From a virus (lineage: Duplodnaviria > Caudoviricetes), in IMG/VR virus record IMGVR_UViG_3300025606_000014, positions 1 to 29,455 of that record: a stretch of 29,455 bases of DNA; one strand, 5' to 3'. Position numbers and translations under genes: made by a program. This document shows, one piece after another, positions 1 to 7,259 of the stretch. How positions within the stretch are numbered: the first letter of the stretch is position 1; each line of letters begins with the position of its first letter. The notes below the pieces were generated by a model. That model worked only from the letters and a program-made list of their open reading frames with translations, did not search any database and was not told where the DNA came from.

Positions 1-435
1 TACACCGATGCTGGCCGGTTCCACGAGATACGGATGAATACCGTTTCGATAAACCAGTTTAATAAAGGTGCTGTTGTAGCAGAGCGCCCATGAAACCGCT
101 GTCGAGAATACTTGGTCAGCATTGCTGTTTAGCCATTCATCGTTGAGTGCGCGGGTCAGGACCGGGAGTTTGGCCTGTTCTTCATCTGGGACTGCCGCAC
201 CCAAGTCTATGGAGAATCGGGTGGTCTCGGCAGAGTAGAGGAAGGATGACAACTGATCTATGTGTGGGTAGATCTTGTTGTACATGGCCGGTGCTTCATC
301 CGGGCCGTTCCCAAACAGATACCACGAGCGAAGACCTCCGTAATCGGTGCGGCGTTCTGGCATGGAGACGCTGCACTTGTGGATGAGGTCTAGGTAGAAG
401 AATTCTCGTTCTACCGGATCGCTCGGGATTCTCAT
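1..435 (-). CDS. Portal protein, 5' part (runs off the left edge)
   Basis: Not in the ORF track. Manual translation from ATG at 435 (ATGA overlap with the upstream stop) gives MRIPSDPVEREFFYLDL...AMYNKIYPHIDQLSSFLY...ALCYNSTFIKL, open to position 1. The N-K-I-x-P-x-I-D pattern and the position downstream of TerL fit a portal N-terminus. Confidence 0.7.
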   Translation of the reverse strand, partial: MRIPSDPVEREFFYLDLIHKCSVSMPERRTDYGGLRSWYLFGNGPDEAPAMYNKIYPHIDQLSSFLYSAETTRFSIDLGAAVPDEEQAKLPVLTRALNDEWLNSNADQVFSTAVSWALCYNSTFIKLVYRNGIHPYLVEPASIGV

Positions 436-896
436 GGTGCTATTGCCAAGTTCTCATGGTCTGCAATGTAACTTGCGGCTTTTGGTCCCGTCAAATTACC
501 AGCATCTTTGGGGTTAACGCCAACGGCTTCTCCCCGCACAGATTTGGCAACTTGTCCTGCAAGTGCTGCCTGCATATTGATGTTCTGGAAATTGCCACCC
601 CAGATCGCGGCATCACCTGGGCGAGCCTCTTTCTCTTTTGGCTCTTCCGGAACATTGTGATGATGGTAGCCAGCCTGGGTATCGCCAGATCGGGTGGACT
701 TGATATCTGACATCTGGAAGTCCTGGGCAAGACCTTTGAGTTGTCGGTCAGCCTGTTTTGTTTTATCTGATTTGAGTGCGACTGGTTTTAGGAAAACCAT
801 ATTGAGTTCTGCTGTGCAAAATTTGATAGGGCATTTAGCCTCATAAGATTCAAACAGACCGTGGGATTCGCAAAGATAATCGTGAAGTACGCTCAT
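432..896 (-). CDS. Hypothetical protein with N-terminal FmdB-like zinc ribbon
   Basis: HDYLCESHGLFE...KCPIKFC (CxxH...CPxxxC); coupled to both neighbours by 4-nt overlaps. Confidence 0.65.
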   Translation of the reverse strand: MSVLHDYLCESHGLFESYEAKCPIKFCTAELNMVFLKPVALKSDKTKQADRQLKGLAQDFQMSDIKSTRSGDTQAGYHHHNVPEEPKEKEARPGDAAIWGGNFQNINMQAALAGQVAKSVRGEAVGVNPKDAGNLTGPKAASYIADHENLAIAP

Positions 897-1276
897 GATT
901 CGTCCAAAGTAGGATAAGAGTAATCGTGACGATTACGGGGGCCGATAGATAATTTGAATCCGTCCGGGGACTTCACAATCCCCATGTGCGAGAAGATAGC
1001 AGGTTCTGCAACCTTGCGATAGTCAACGTAAGTGGTCTTGTCTTTCCTCCTCATGATCTTGACCCGACCGTCTACCCAGTGCTGGTAGGCGGCAGACACC
1101 CGACGCTGGGTTGTCTCGGTCATGGGTACGATCTCGTAAATGAAAACGTCTTGCAAAAGGTCTTTGGAAATCCCGCAGAGGTCAGCAAACTTCTGAATGG
1201 AAATCCCACGGGCTTTGTCTCGCAGGAGTTTGCCAACCAGAACTTTGAGTTCCTCTTTAGGAAAGACGGTATTCAA
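893..1276 (-). CDS. HTH (XRE-like) DNA-binding protein
   Basis: RGISIQKFADLCGISKDLLQDVF resembles a helix-turn-helix; overlaps both neighbours. Confidence 0.6.
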   Translation of the reverse strand: MNTVFPKEELKVLVGKLLRDKARGISIQKFADLCGISKDLLQDVFIYEIVPMTETTQRRVSAAYQHWVDGRVKIMRRKDKTTYVDYRKVAEPAIFSHMGIVKSPDGFKLSIGPRNRHDYSYPTLDES

Positions 1277-2054
1277 ACTTGTATCCCTTGTCTTGCAAGA
1301 ACATCAGGAAGTCGAGTTCTCCAAAGATGTTATCGCATTCCTCTGCCGTGTTCTTGATGACAATGGATTTATGCCCCACCAATTTTCTGCTGGGTGCGTG
1401 ATGACCGACCAGACGCTCTAGGTCAATATCATCGTGCAGGCCTGGACCCATGTACTCAATCGAGAAGTGCTTGGCAATGTGCAGCGGTGCGAACCGCACA
1501 CCGACAGATTCCAGTTGAGGTCTGAGCAAGCCTGAGAGCTGGACATCTTCGTTGATGAACGGCTGCTGACCATAGAGTTTGTGAACGATGCCGTGTTTGG
1601 CAGGGGCCTGGAGGAACTTGCGGCTACGCAGCGAGAAGCCACCGTTCTGGACAACGATGGGGTCTTTCACCTGAGTCCACGAGAAGCGGAACATAGCCTG
1701 GTCGCCCAGAATGCCCATGTGAGTAGGTGCGCCCACATAGTCATACTCGTAGTACTCGTCTGTGAAGTTAGCCCCGTTAAGGCACCAGCCATCGTCTTGC
1801 ACAACAAGACAGTATTCCGTCTCGATGTAGGCGTGTAGGCAGTACATACAGAACATGGAGTACTGGAAGTAATCCAGCGATGCTGTTTGTTTCCACGCGA
1901 TATGGTCTGGCAAGGAAAGAGGTCTTTCAAGAGAGATTAGCAGACCTCGGCTTCCCGGTAACTGGGTCAGGCTCTCTACAAGGCTTGGAATACTTGCCGC
2001 GCCATCAGTATGGCCGTGGACAGATACGATAGTGAGATCAGTGTGTAGAGCCAC
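1257..2054 (-). CDS. DUF5672-family, glycosyltransferase-like (GT-A) protein
   Basis: Motifs CLVVQDDGW, YDYVGAP, NGGFSLRSRKFL, NEDV and AKHFSIE are typical of DUF5672. Start placed at GTG 2054, overlapping the TerL end. Confidence 0.8.
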   Translation of the reverse strand: MALHTDLTIVSVHGHTDGAASIPSLVESLTQLPGSRGLLISLERPLSLPDHIAWKQTASLDYFQYSMFCMYCLHAYIETEYCLVVQDDGWCLNGANFTDEYYEYDYVGAPTHMGILGDQAMFRFSWTQVKDPIVVQNGGFSLRSRKFLQAPAKHGIVHKLYGQQPFINEDVQLSGLLRPQLESVGVRFAPLHIAKHFSIEYMGPGLHDDIDLERLVGHHAPSRKLVGHKSIVIKNTAEECDNIFGELDFLMFLQDKGYKFEYRLS

Positions 2055-3804
2055 CGTACATCCCGATTTTCTTGAGATAGTTGGATACGTTACGTCCAGC
2101 AGCAATCTGCTCTGGCGTTTGGTTCTCTTGAGCATGAGAAACTTCTTTCGTCAGTCTCATGGCAATTAGTCGAGGTTGAACCTGCTCGGCATAAGCAACA
2201 GCGGCCAGCGCACTGGCGATCACTCTATCATCTTTGCCGCGCCCCGGCGCACCAATAAACCCGCCCTCACGAACGATGCCCTTCATCTCGTCTAGCAAGT
2301 CCATAGACTTGATGTCCATCAACCCACGCTCAAAGTAATCCTTCATGTAGGTCAACATCCGCTCTTTGGTCTGACTCGTAGTCAGGAACCCAATAGAGTT
2401 GGATAACCCGGACATCGTGTCATTACGACGCCAGATGTAGTTCTGCATAGAACCCAGCACATCCATGATGCCGTGACCGGCAGTCCCCTGACTTGCAGCC
2501 AACCTCTTGAGGTTACGCATCTCGTTGATGACCGCCTGACCTGGACCATTGACTTCCAAGTTCAGGGTTGAGTTCTTGTACGCACCGGCAAGGTGAGCAA
2601 TCACCCACGCAAACTGATAGGTGTTCATCTCACTGGTCGCAAACTCAGCAACCTGCTCCATCCCGTTGGCATATACGCGGAACACTTGGATAGAGAATCG
2701 GTCTGCCCAATCGGATGATCCATAAGCAGGGTCAGCACCAATGACGTAGTAGGCAGTGTCAATAGGTTGTTCCCAGACCTTGAGAGTTCCCAACTTCTCC
2801 GTGGACTTCAAGACATCAGTGTCTTGGAACATTGCCCCAAACGCATAGCGGAAACATTCCGGATGAAGTGCACGAGACTTCTTGGCAGCGTCAGTACACC
2901 GGGAGTTTGAGAAGAAGCTCGTACCAGTCATCACGAATGCGTAGTCTTCCGTAGGAGGAAACTCCTGGTACATCAGCGCATCGTCCTTGATCCCCTCGTG
3001 CAGCTTCCATCTCCACCACGCCATCTGCCTGCTGTTGATCTCCACCCCGTACAACTTCTTGATGTCCTTCACCCACTCTTTCTCTTCCCCAGTTAATTTG
3101 CCATCCCAATAAACCTTATAAACATCCGTCTCTGCTTCTACAGAATAAAGCTCATTTCTCCACCAACCACAAAATATTGCTCTCTGTGTTCTAGCCTTTT
3201 TAGCAGTGACATACATATCGTGGAACATATTAAACCCACGAGCAGTACTCTCAAATAAATACAACCTCTGAGGATTGGTCTCGGCAAGAGATGCCAAGAG
3301 AGACGCTAGACCCTCCTCATCTCCCCAACTGGATGTCTCAGTACCATGCAGGTAAGTAATCGCCTTACCGCGCCCCAGAGACCCCTTAGAACGCAATCCA
3401 GCCACCTGATAAAACAACCGACTACGGTTCTTCAAAGATATGTGGTTTCTGTTGTGAGCAATAACAGGTACTTTATATTCCCTGGGTAACCCATCTATAT
3501 ACATAGACAAGGTGCTACGGAACATATCCCTGTTCTCTTCTGTGTCTGTCGTTAATGTACCCTGTAATCCAGGATGTACAAAATGCCAGTAAAGATCTAA
3601 CGCTAAAGAGATAGTAGTTATTCCTAACTGTCTACCCTTTAATATCACAAAGAAATGAATATCATCCTGTAGACCTTTGGCTATCTCATCCATAATATAT
3701 GTCTGAGTGCCTAATAACCTATCCATCTTCCTGAGACCATGTTCCTTAGTCTCTATTTTAAGTTCACTACAGAACTTGTAGAACTGCGCCAGATTAAATG
3801 ACAT
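2038..3804 (-). CDS. terL: Terminase large subunit
   Basis: Walker A VILKGRQLGITT, Walker B-like YLHGTE, ESTARG coupling motif, nuclease YVIGADPA and GKDDRVIA. Start at ATG 3804 (MSFNLAQF). Confidence 0.93.
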   Translation of the reverse strand: MSFNLAQFYKFCSELKIETKEHGLRKMDRLLGTQTYIMDEIAKGLQDDIHFFVILKGRQLGITTISLALDLYWHFVHPGLQGTLTTDTEENRDMFRSTLSMYIDGLPREYKVPVIAHNRNHISLKNRSRLFYQVAGLRSKGSLGRGKAITYLHGTETSSWGDEEGLASLLASLAETNPQRLYLFESTARGFNMFHDMYVTAKKARTQRAIFCGWWRNELYSVEAETDVYKVYWDGKLTGEEKEWVKDIKKLYGVEINSRQMAWWRWKLHEGIKDDALMYQEFPPTEDYAFVMTGTSFFSNSRCTDAAKKSRALHPECFRYAFGAMFQDTDVLKSTEKLGTLKVWEQPIDTAYYVIGADPAYGSSDWADRFSIQVFRVYANGMEQVAEFATSEMNTYQFAWVIAHLAGAYKNSTLNLEVNGPGQAVINEMRNLKRLAASQGTAGHGIMDVLGSMQNYIWRRNDTMSGLSNSIGFLTTSQTKERMLTYMKDYFERGLMDIKSMDLLDEMKGIVREGGFIGAPGRGKDDRVIASALAAVAYAEQVQPRLIAMRLTKEVSHAQENQTPEQIAAGRNVSNYLKKIGMYGGSTH

Positions 3805-3811
3805 GAAATTT

Positions 3812-4060
3812 TCTTGGGGGGGAGAAGCGTTGGGTGCACGCACACACGGGGGTCATGTCCCACCTCTGAGCGCCACGGGATTGGTCGGATGGTAGCACGG
3901 GTCGGGTGGTGTGCCCCTTCCCAAGCCGGTACAGGGTGCAAGCGTGGGCGTGGATCTGGCGGGAAGTGGGAGAGAGAATCAGGATAGCGGGGAAGAACCA
4001 GCCCCAAGTGGGAGAAGAGCCCCGTCCAGGGGGGGTAAACACTATCGATAGTGGGGGAAG
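3812..4060. other. G-rich, strand-skewed non-coding region upstream of terL (candidate packaging-initiation region)
   Basis: About 14 runs of three or more G on the + strand, and a 14-bp perfect palindrome CACTATCGATAGTG at 4040-4053; no convincing ORF. Confidence 0.4.
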
Positions 4061-4101
4061 AGTGGTAGACACTCCCTGGTGTCCCTGTAGTTGGAGCGTG
4101 G

Positions 4102-4272
4102 TACAGGTAGTACATACAGGACACTTACCTATATATACATATAGAACAGTAGACTACAGGTAGAACAGTGATCACCTGATCACTTCCCTAACTGATGGTC
4201 TGACAACAGTAGACACTTACCACCTATATATATAGAGACACTGTACAGGTATCTACAGGTAGCTACAGGTAG
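4102..4272 (+). repeat. TACAGGTAG direct-repeat array with TATATA tracts
   Basis: Copies at 4102, 4155, 4244 (TACAGGTAT), 4254 and 4264, plus partial TACAGG at 4115. Also duplicated AACAGTAGAC (4145, 4205), GACACTTACC and CCTATATATA. Confidence 0.9.
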
Positions 4273-4384
4273 ACTACTGTATAGATACACATTAGGGTTT
4301 CCTCTAATATAAATAGTGGATTTTATCCGGTAATATCTTATCTAACGGTTAACGGTTAACCGGTAAACAGAGAGAGGAAACAAA

Positions 4385-4552
4385 ATGAACTTTGTGCATA
4401 TTTTTAAGGTTAGAGGTGGTTGGCAGGTTCTCGTCACTAGCAGTCCTTGTCTGCGCGGTGGTGACAGTGTGGTTGCTGAGGTGGTACTGGCAACCAAACG
4501 TGACGCTAAGAGGTTTGCGAAGTCTACCGGTGCAACGCCGTGGAACTTCTGA
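4385..4552 (+). CDS. Small hypothetical early protein (55 aa)
   Basis: Not in the ORF track. GAGAGGAAACAAA RBS then ATG: MNFVHIFKVRGGWQVLVTSS...AKRFAKSTGATPWNF*. Confidence 0.75.
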   Translation: MNFVHIFKVRGGWQVLVTSSPCLRGGDSVVAEVVLATKRDAKRFAKSTGATPWNF

Positions 4553-4562
4553 TCTAGGTTCA

Positions 4563-4614
4563 ACGCGAAACCCTCTCCGGAGGGTCTACCGGTAGTGCCG
4601 GTACTGATGAGCGT
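4563..4614 (+). ncRNA. Hammerhead ribozyme, type II (stem II open)
   Basis: ACGC-GAAA-[CCCTC tccg GAGGG]-TC-[TACCGG tagtg CCGGTA]-CTGATGA-GCGT. Complete core (CUGAUGA, GAAA, GUC cleavage triplet) with three Watson-Crick stems. Predicted cleavage after C4586. Confidence 0.93.
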
Positions 4615-4641
4615 AATCAAATTATATCTAGAGGGTTCACA

Positions 4642-5319
4642 ATGGCTAAGCCTAAACTGTCTGTCATCACATCATCCATCCGGATTTCTGTCACATCTAA
4701 GCTTGACGGGATTAGATCATGGAGTCTGCAAGCTCTGGAAACCTGTCCGGGTTCTGTCGGACCGGACGGCGAGCTTGTTGCAGCGTGCAGTGGCTGTTAC
4801 GCCACGACAGGCAATTACGTTTTCGCAAACGTGAAAGAACCTAGACTTGCAAACCGGGAAGATTGGAAACGGTCCGCATGGGTTGACGATATGGTCGCAA
4901 GCTTGAATAAAGATCGGTTCTTCCGTTGGTTCGACAGTGGCGATATGTACGATCTGAAGCTTGCCAAGAAGATCCTTGCAGTGATGGAATCCACGCCATG
5001 GGTCTCGCATTGGTTGCCTACTCGCATGATGAAATTTAAGAAATTCCAGACTGTACTTGCTGCCATGCAAGCTCTACCGAACGTCATGGTCCGGTTTTCT
5101 TCCGATAGCGTATTCGGAGAGTTTGACGATCGACACGGGTCCGTGATCGTGCCCGATCCTGAGTCTGTTCCCGAGGGTACGAAACTCTGCGAGGCCTACA
5201 AACATGGCGGGAAGTGCAATGGTTGCCGTGCCTGCTATGACAAGTCTGTCGAGGTCGTGGCGTACCCTGCACACGGTCGGAAGATGGACAAGGTCATCAG
5301 AATCGCACTAGCTGCGTGA
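4642..5319 (+). CDS. GP88-family (mycobacteriophage gene product 88-like) Cys-rich, radical-SAM-related protein
   Basis: TSKLDGIRSWSL...TCPGS...ACSGCYA, FRWFDSGD, HWLPTR and C-terminal CEAY...CNGCRACYD are GP88 hallmarks; GAGGG RBS. Confidence 0.85.
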   Translation: MAKPKLSVITSSIRISVTSKLDGIRSWSLQALETCPGSVGPDGELVAACSGCYATTGNYVFANVKEPRLANREDWKRSAWVDDMVASLNKDRFFRWFDSGDMYDLKLAKKILAVMESTPWVSHWLPTRMMKFKKFQTVLAAMQALPNVMVRFSSDSVFGEFDDRHGSVIVPDPESVPEGTKLCEAYKHGGKCNGCRACYDKSVEVVAYPAHGRKMDKVIRIALAA

Positions 5320-5323
5320 CCTA

Positions 5324-5358
5324 TTGACAGTAGGGGTTATCTACCTGATAATCCCTAC
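5324..5358 (+). promoter_or_regulatory. Sigma70-like promoter embedded in an inverted repeat
   Basis: TTGACA(5324-5329)-N17-GATAAT(5347-5352). Arms GTAGGGGTTATC/GATAATCCCTAC (11/12 match). CTACCTG at 5341-5347. Confidence 0.65.
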
Positions 5359-5384
5359 ACGACCTTATCTTATCGGAGTAAATC

Positions 5385-5537
5385 ATGACCCATTTATTCT
5401 CTCGCGAACGTGCACAATCCATCGTTGAAGATAACGCCAAGTTTGACGATGGATGGACGTATACCATCGAACAATGGGGACGCTACTGGGTCGTGGCAGT
5501 GCACGACGAAGACGGCCACCCCCTGGGTTATCTGTGA
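5385..5537 (+). CDS. Small hypothetical protein (50 aa)
   Basis: Not in the ORF track. GGAG RBS, MTHLFSRERAQSIVEDN...WVVAVHDEDGHPLGYL*. Confidence 0.7.
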   Translation: MTHLFSRERAQSIVEDNAKFDDGWTYTIEQWGRYWVVAVHDEDGHPLGYL

Positions 5538-5719
5538 ACCCGACAGTAGATCAACTGCTAGATCTCCTGCTAGATGGTGACCCCGTTGCGTGGCAGATCA
5601 CCCGGACCCCTGACGGTCTGTCCATCGTGGGAGTGATGAAGAACGGTCAAACCAAGCACTTAGCGACCGTCCCCATAGCAGCCCCTGAGAACGATCCTGA
5701 CCCCTACCATGTAGGGTAG
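5534..5719 (+). CDS. Small hypothetical protein (61 aa)
   Basis: GTG start overlapping the upstream TGA (GTGA); MNPTVDQLLDLLLDGD... Confidence 0.6.
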   Translation: MNPTVDQLLDLLLDGDPVAWQITRTPDGLSIVGVMKNGQTKHLATVPIAAPENDPDPYHVG

Positions 5720-5792
5720 CCTCAACTGATCCCCTTTCGCCTCACTGAGAGGCTTCTATCGCCCCTTACGGGGTATCTTTGGAGTGTTGACT

Positions 5793-6089
5793 ATGTTTTA
5801 TGAAGAAATCCAAGCAAAGATCGCGGATCTGCAAGCCCAGGCGGAGCGTGTCAAGCGTGAGGAAAAACAGCAAGCTATCGACGCAGCTCGTGCCATGATC
5901 AGTAGCTACGGGATCACGGCTAAGGATCTGGGGCTGGAAAAGGCTCCCAAGGGTAAGGCCGGTCCCAAGCCTGGAGGCAAGATCCCGCCCAAGTACAAAG
6001 ACCCTGTGTCTGGTGCGTTGTGGTCTGGCAGGGGTAAAACCCCGAAATGGTTTAACGGATCGTTGCCCCTGTCTGTGTACGCTATCTAA
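5793..6089 (+). CDS. hns: H-NS family nucleoid-associated silencer
   Basis: N-terminal coiled coil, YGITAKDLG, and the DNA-binding motif PKYKDPVSGALWSGRGKTPKW; GGAG RBS before ATG 5793. Confidence 0.92.
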   Translation: MFYEEIQAKIADLQAQAERVKREEKQQAIDAARAMISSYGITAKDLGLEKAPKGKAGPKPGGKIPPKYKDPVSGALWSGRGKTPKWFNGSLPLSVYAI

Positions 6090-6126
6090 TCTCCGGGGGG
6101 TTAACATCCCCCTAACAAGGACTATC

Positions 6127-6282
6127 ATGGTTAATCTTATCTTTCAAGTTATCTTTATAGGTCTATTTTGTGGTGGCATCATAGGTGCTGTAGTAGGTGA
6201 ACCATACCTTATGGGATCATGTTTACTGGGTGCACTAGGTTGTATGATGATCATTATGTCGAGGGAACCCAATGATTATTAA
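6127..6282 (+). CDS. Small two-TM membrane protein
   Basis: AAGGA RBS; two hydrophobic segments in MVNLIFQVIFIGLFCGGIIGAVVG...LLGALGCMMIIM. Confidence 0.65.
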   Translation: MVNLIFQVIFIGLFCGGIIGAVVGEPYLMGSCLLGALGCMMIIMSREPNDY

Positions 6283-6556
6283 ATTCAAATACAAAACTAA
6301 AAAGCCCCATCGTGACCAACTATCTGGTATGAGTCCTAGCCAATTCAAGACCATGTTAAAACGAAAAGGATATAAAGTAGATCGTGATTTTTTTAAGTTT
6401 GGATCTGTTGCGTACAAAAACAACAGGGCCTATCGGTTTCGTTATTGGTCACCTAGATTTTTTGTGGATGTATCTATTCCATTAAAAGAATTTGACAGAT
6501 GGGCAAATAGTGTAAACATTACTATGGACTTCGTTGATTGGGATTTAATCGTATGA
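6272..6556 (+). CDS. Hypothetical basic protein
   Basis: 94-aa ORF with GAGGG RBS, overlapping both neighbours, AT-rich. Confidence 0.7.
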   Translation: MIIKFKYKTKKPHRDQLSGMSPSQFKTMLKRKGYKVDRDFFKFGSVAYKNNRAYRFRYWSPRFFVDVSIPLKEFDRWANSVNITMDFVDWDLIV

Positions 6557-6723
6557 TAATCAACGGTAAAATAGTAAAGGATTGGGATAAGTCCCAGATC
6601 AGTACAGGATATCAGCAACCTAATAAGTTCCGAGTAATCACTTGGGATATGGGTAGAGTCCAATCATGGTTACTAGGTAAAAAACCACTGTCCCGTACAT
6701 TATTAGAGAAGGTGATCAGATGA
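6553..6723 (+). CDS. Hypothetical protein
   Basis: ATGA-coupled at both ends; MIINGKIVKDWDKSQISTGY... Confidence 0.7.
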   Translation: MIINGKIVKDWDKSQISTGYQQPNKFRVITWDMGRVQSWLLGKKPLSRTLLEKVIR

Positions 6724-7037
6724 ATGACTTTGAAATGATGCAGTACTGGAGAGCTGTCACTCACCCACAACGGGAGATAGAGCAGAGAGTCCTGACATTC
6801 GGCCATGCGGTCTACCAGTTGGCCTACCAGAACGCCAGGGAGGAGCTAGGACACGCTTTTTATAGTGGGATGTCCAGAGGTCACGATGACTGTAAGCCAG
6901 CCATGCGTAAGGCTCTATCTGCTATGGAGAGTGCGTATTACATTCTCAAGATCCAACCCGTAACCCCATCACAAGAAGCCGATACCCTGGCTCTTGCTAT
7001 CCAATCTGTTAACGATGCACTGGAGAAATTAGGATGA
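6720..7037 (+). CDS. Hypothetical protein
   Basis: 105-aa ORF, ATGA-coupled in the operon. Confidence 0.7.
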   Translation: MNDFEMMQYWRAVTHPQREIEQRVLTFGHAVYQLAYQNAREELGHAFYSGMSRGHDDCKPAMRKALSAMESAYYILKIQPVTPSQEADTLALAIQSVNDALEKLG

Positions 7038-7258
7038 CTGCTGCTAAAGAATCCCGCAAGAAAGTACTGCAACCCTGCTTCTACCTGGGTCATGCCATGT
7101 ATGTCCCGCACCTACTGAAGCCAGGATACTGGGTCTCATACGGTGGCAAACTGAAAACCTTGCAAGAGTTGATTGTCTTAAAAGCAAAGGTTTCATATGA
7201 GCAGCTCTTCCCCCAGCCAGCCCCGCACGACTGGATCTCTAACATCAGAGTGGGATGA
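7034..7258 (+). CDS. Hypothetical protein
   Basis: 74-aa ORF, ATGA-coupled. Confidence 0.65.
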   Translation: MTAAKESRKKVLQPCFYLGHAMYVPHLLKPGYWVSYGGKLKTLQELIVLKAKVSYEQLFPQPAPHDWISNIRVG

Positions 7259-7259
7259 T

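Noticed and set aside
3753-4163. Track ORFs upstream of terL (123, 92 and 85 aa) as a small terminase
   Set aside because: Pro/His- or Gly/Trp-rich translations reflect the G/C skew; no RBS or TerS features.
4102-4272. Possible CRISPR array
   Set aside because: Repeats are only 9-10 nt with irregular or no spacers, and there are no cas genes.
4392-4620. Track ORFs 4392-4595 (+) and 4342-4620 (-)
   Set aside because: The RBS-supported frame is 4385-4552; these alternatives run through the hammerhead.
5738-5775. Second hammerhead at GCCTCACTGAGAGGC
   Set aside because: CTGAGAG does not match CUGANGA and there is no GAAA/NUH arrangement; just two small hairpins.
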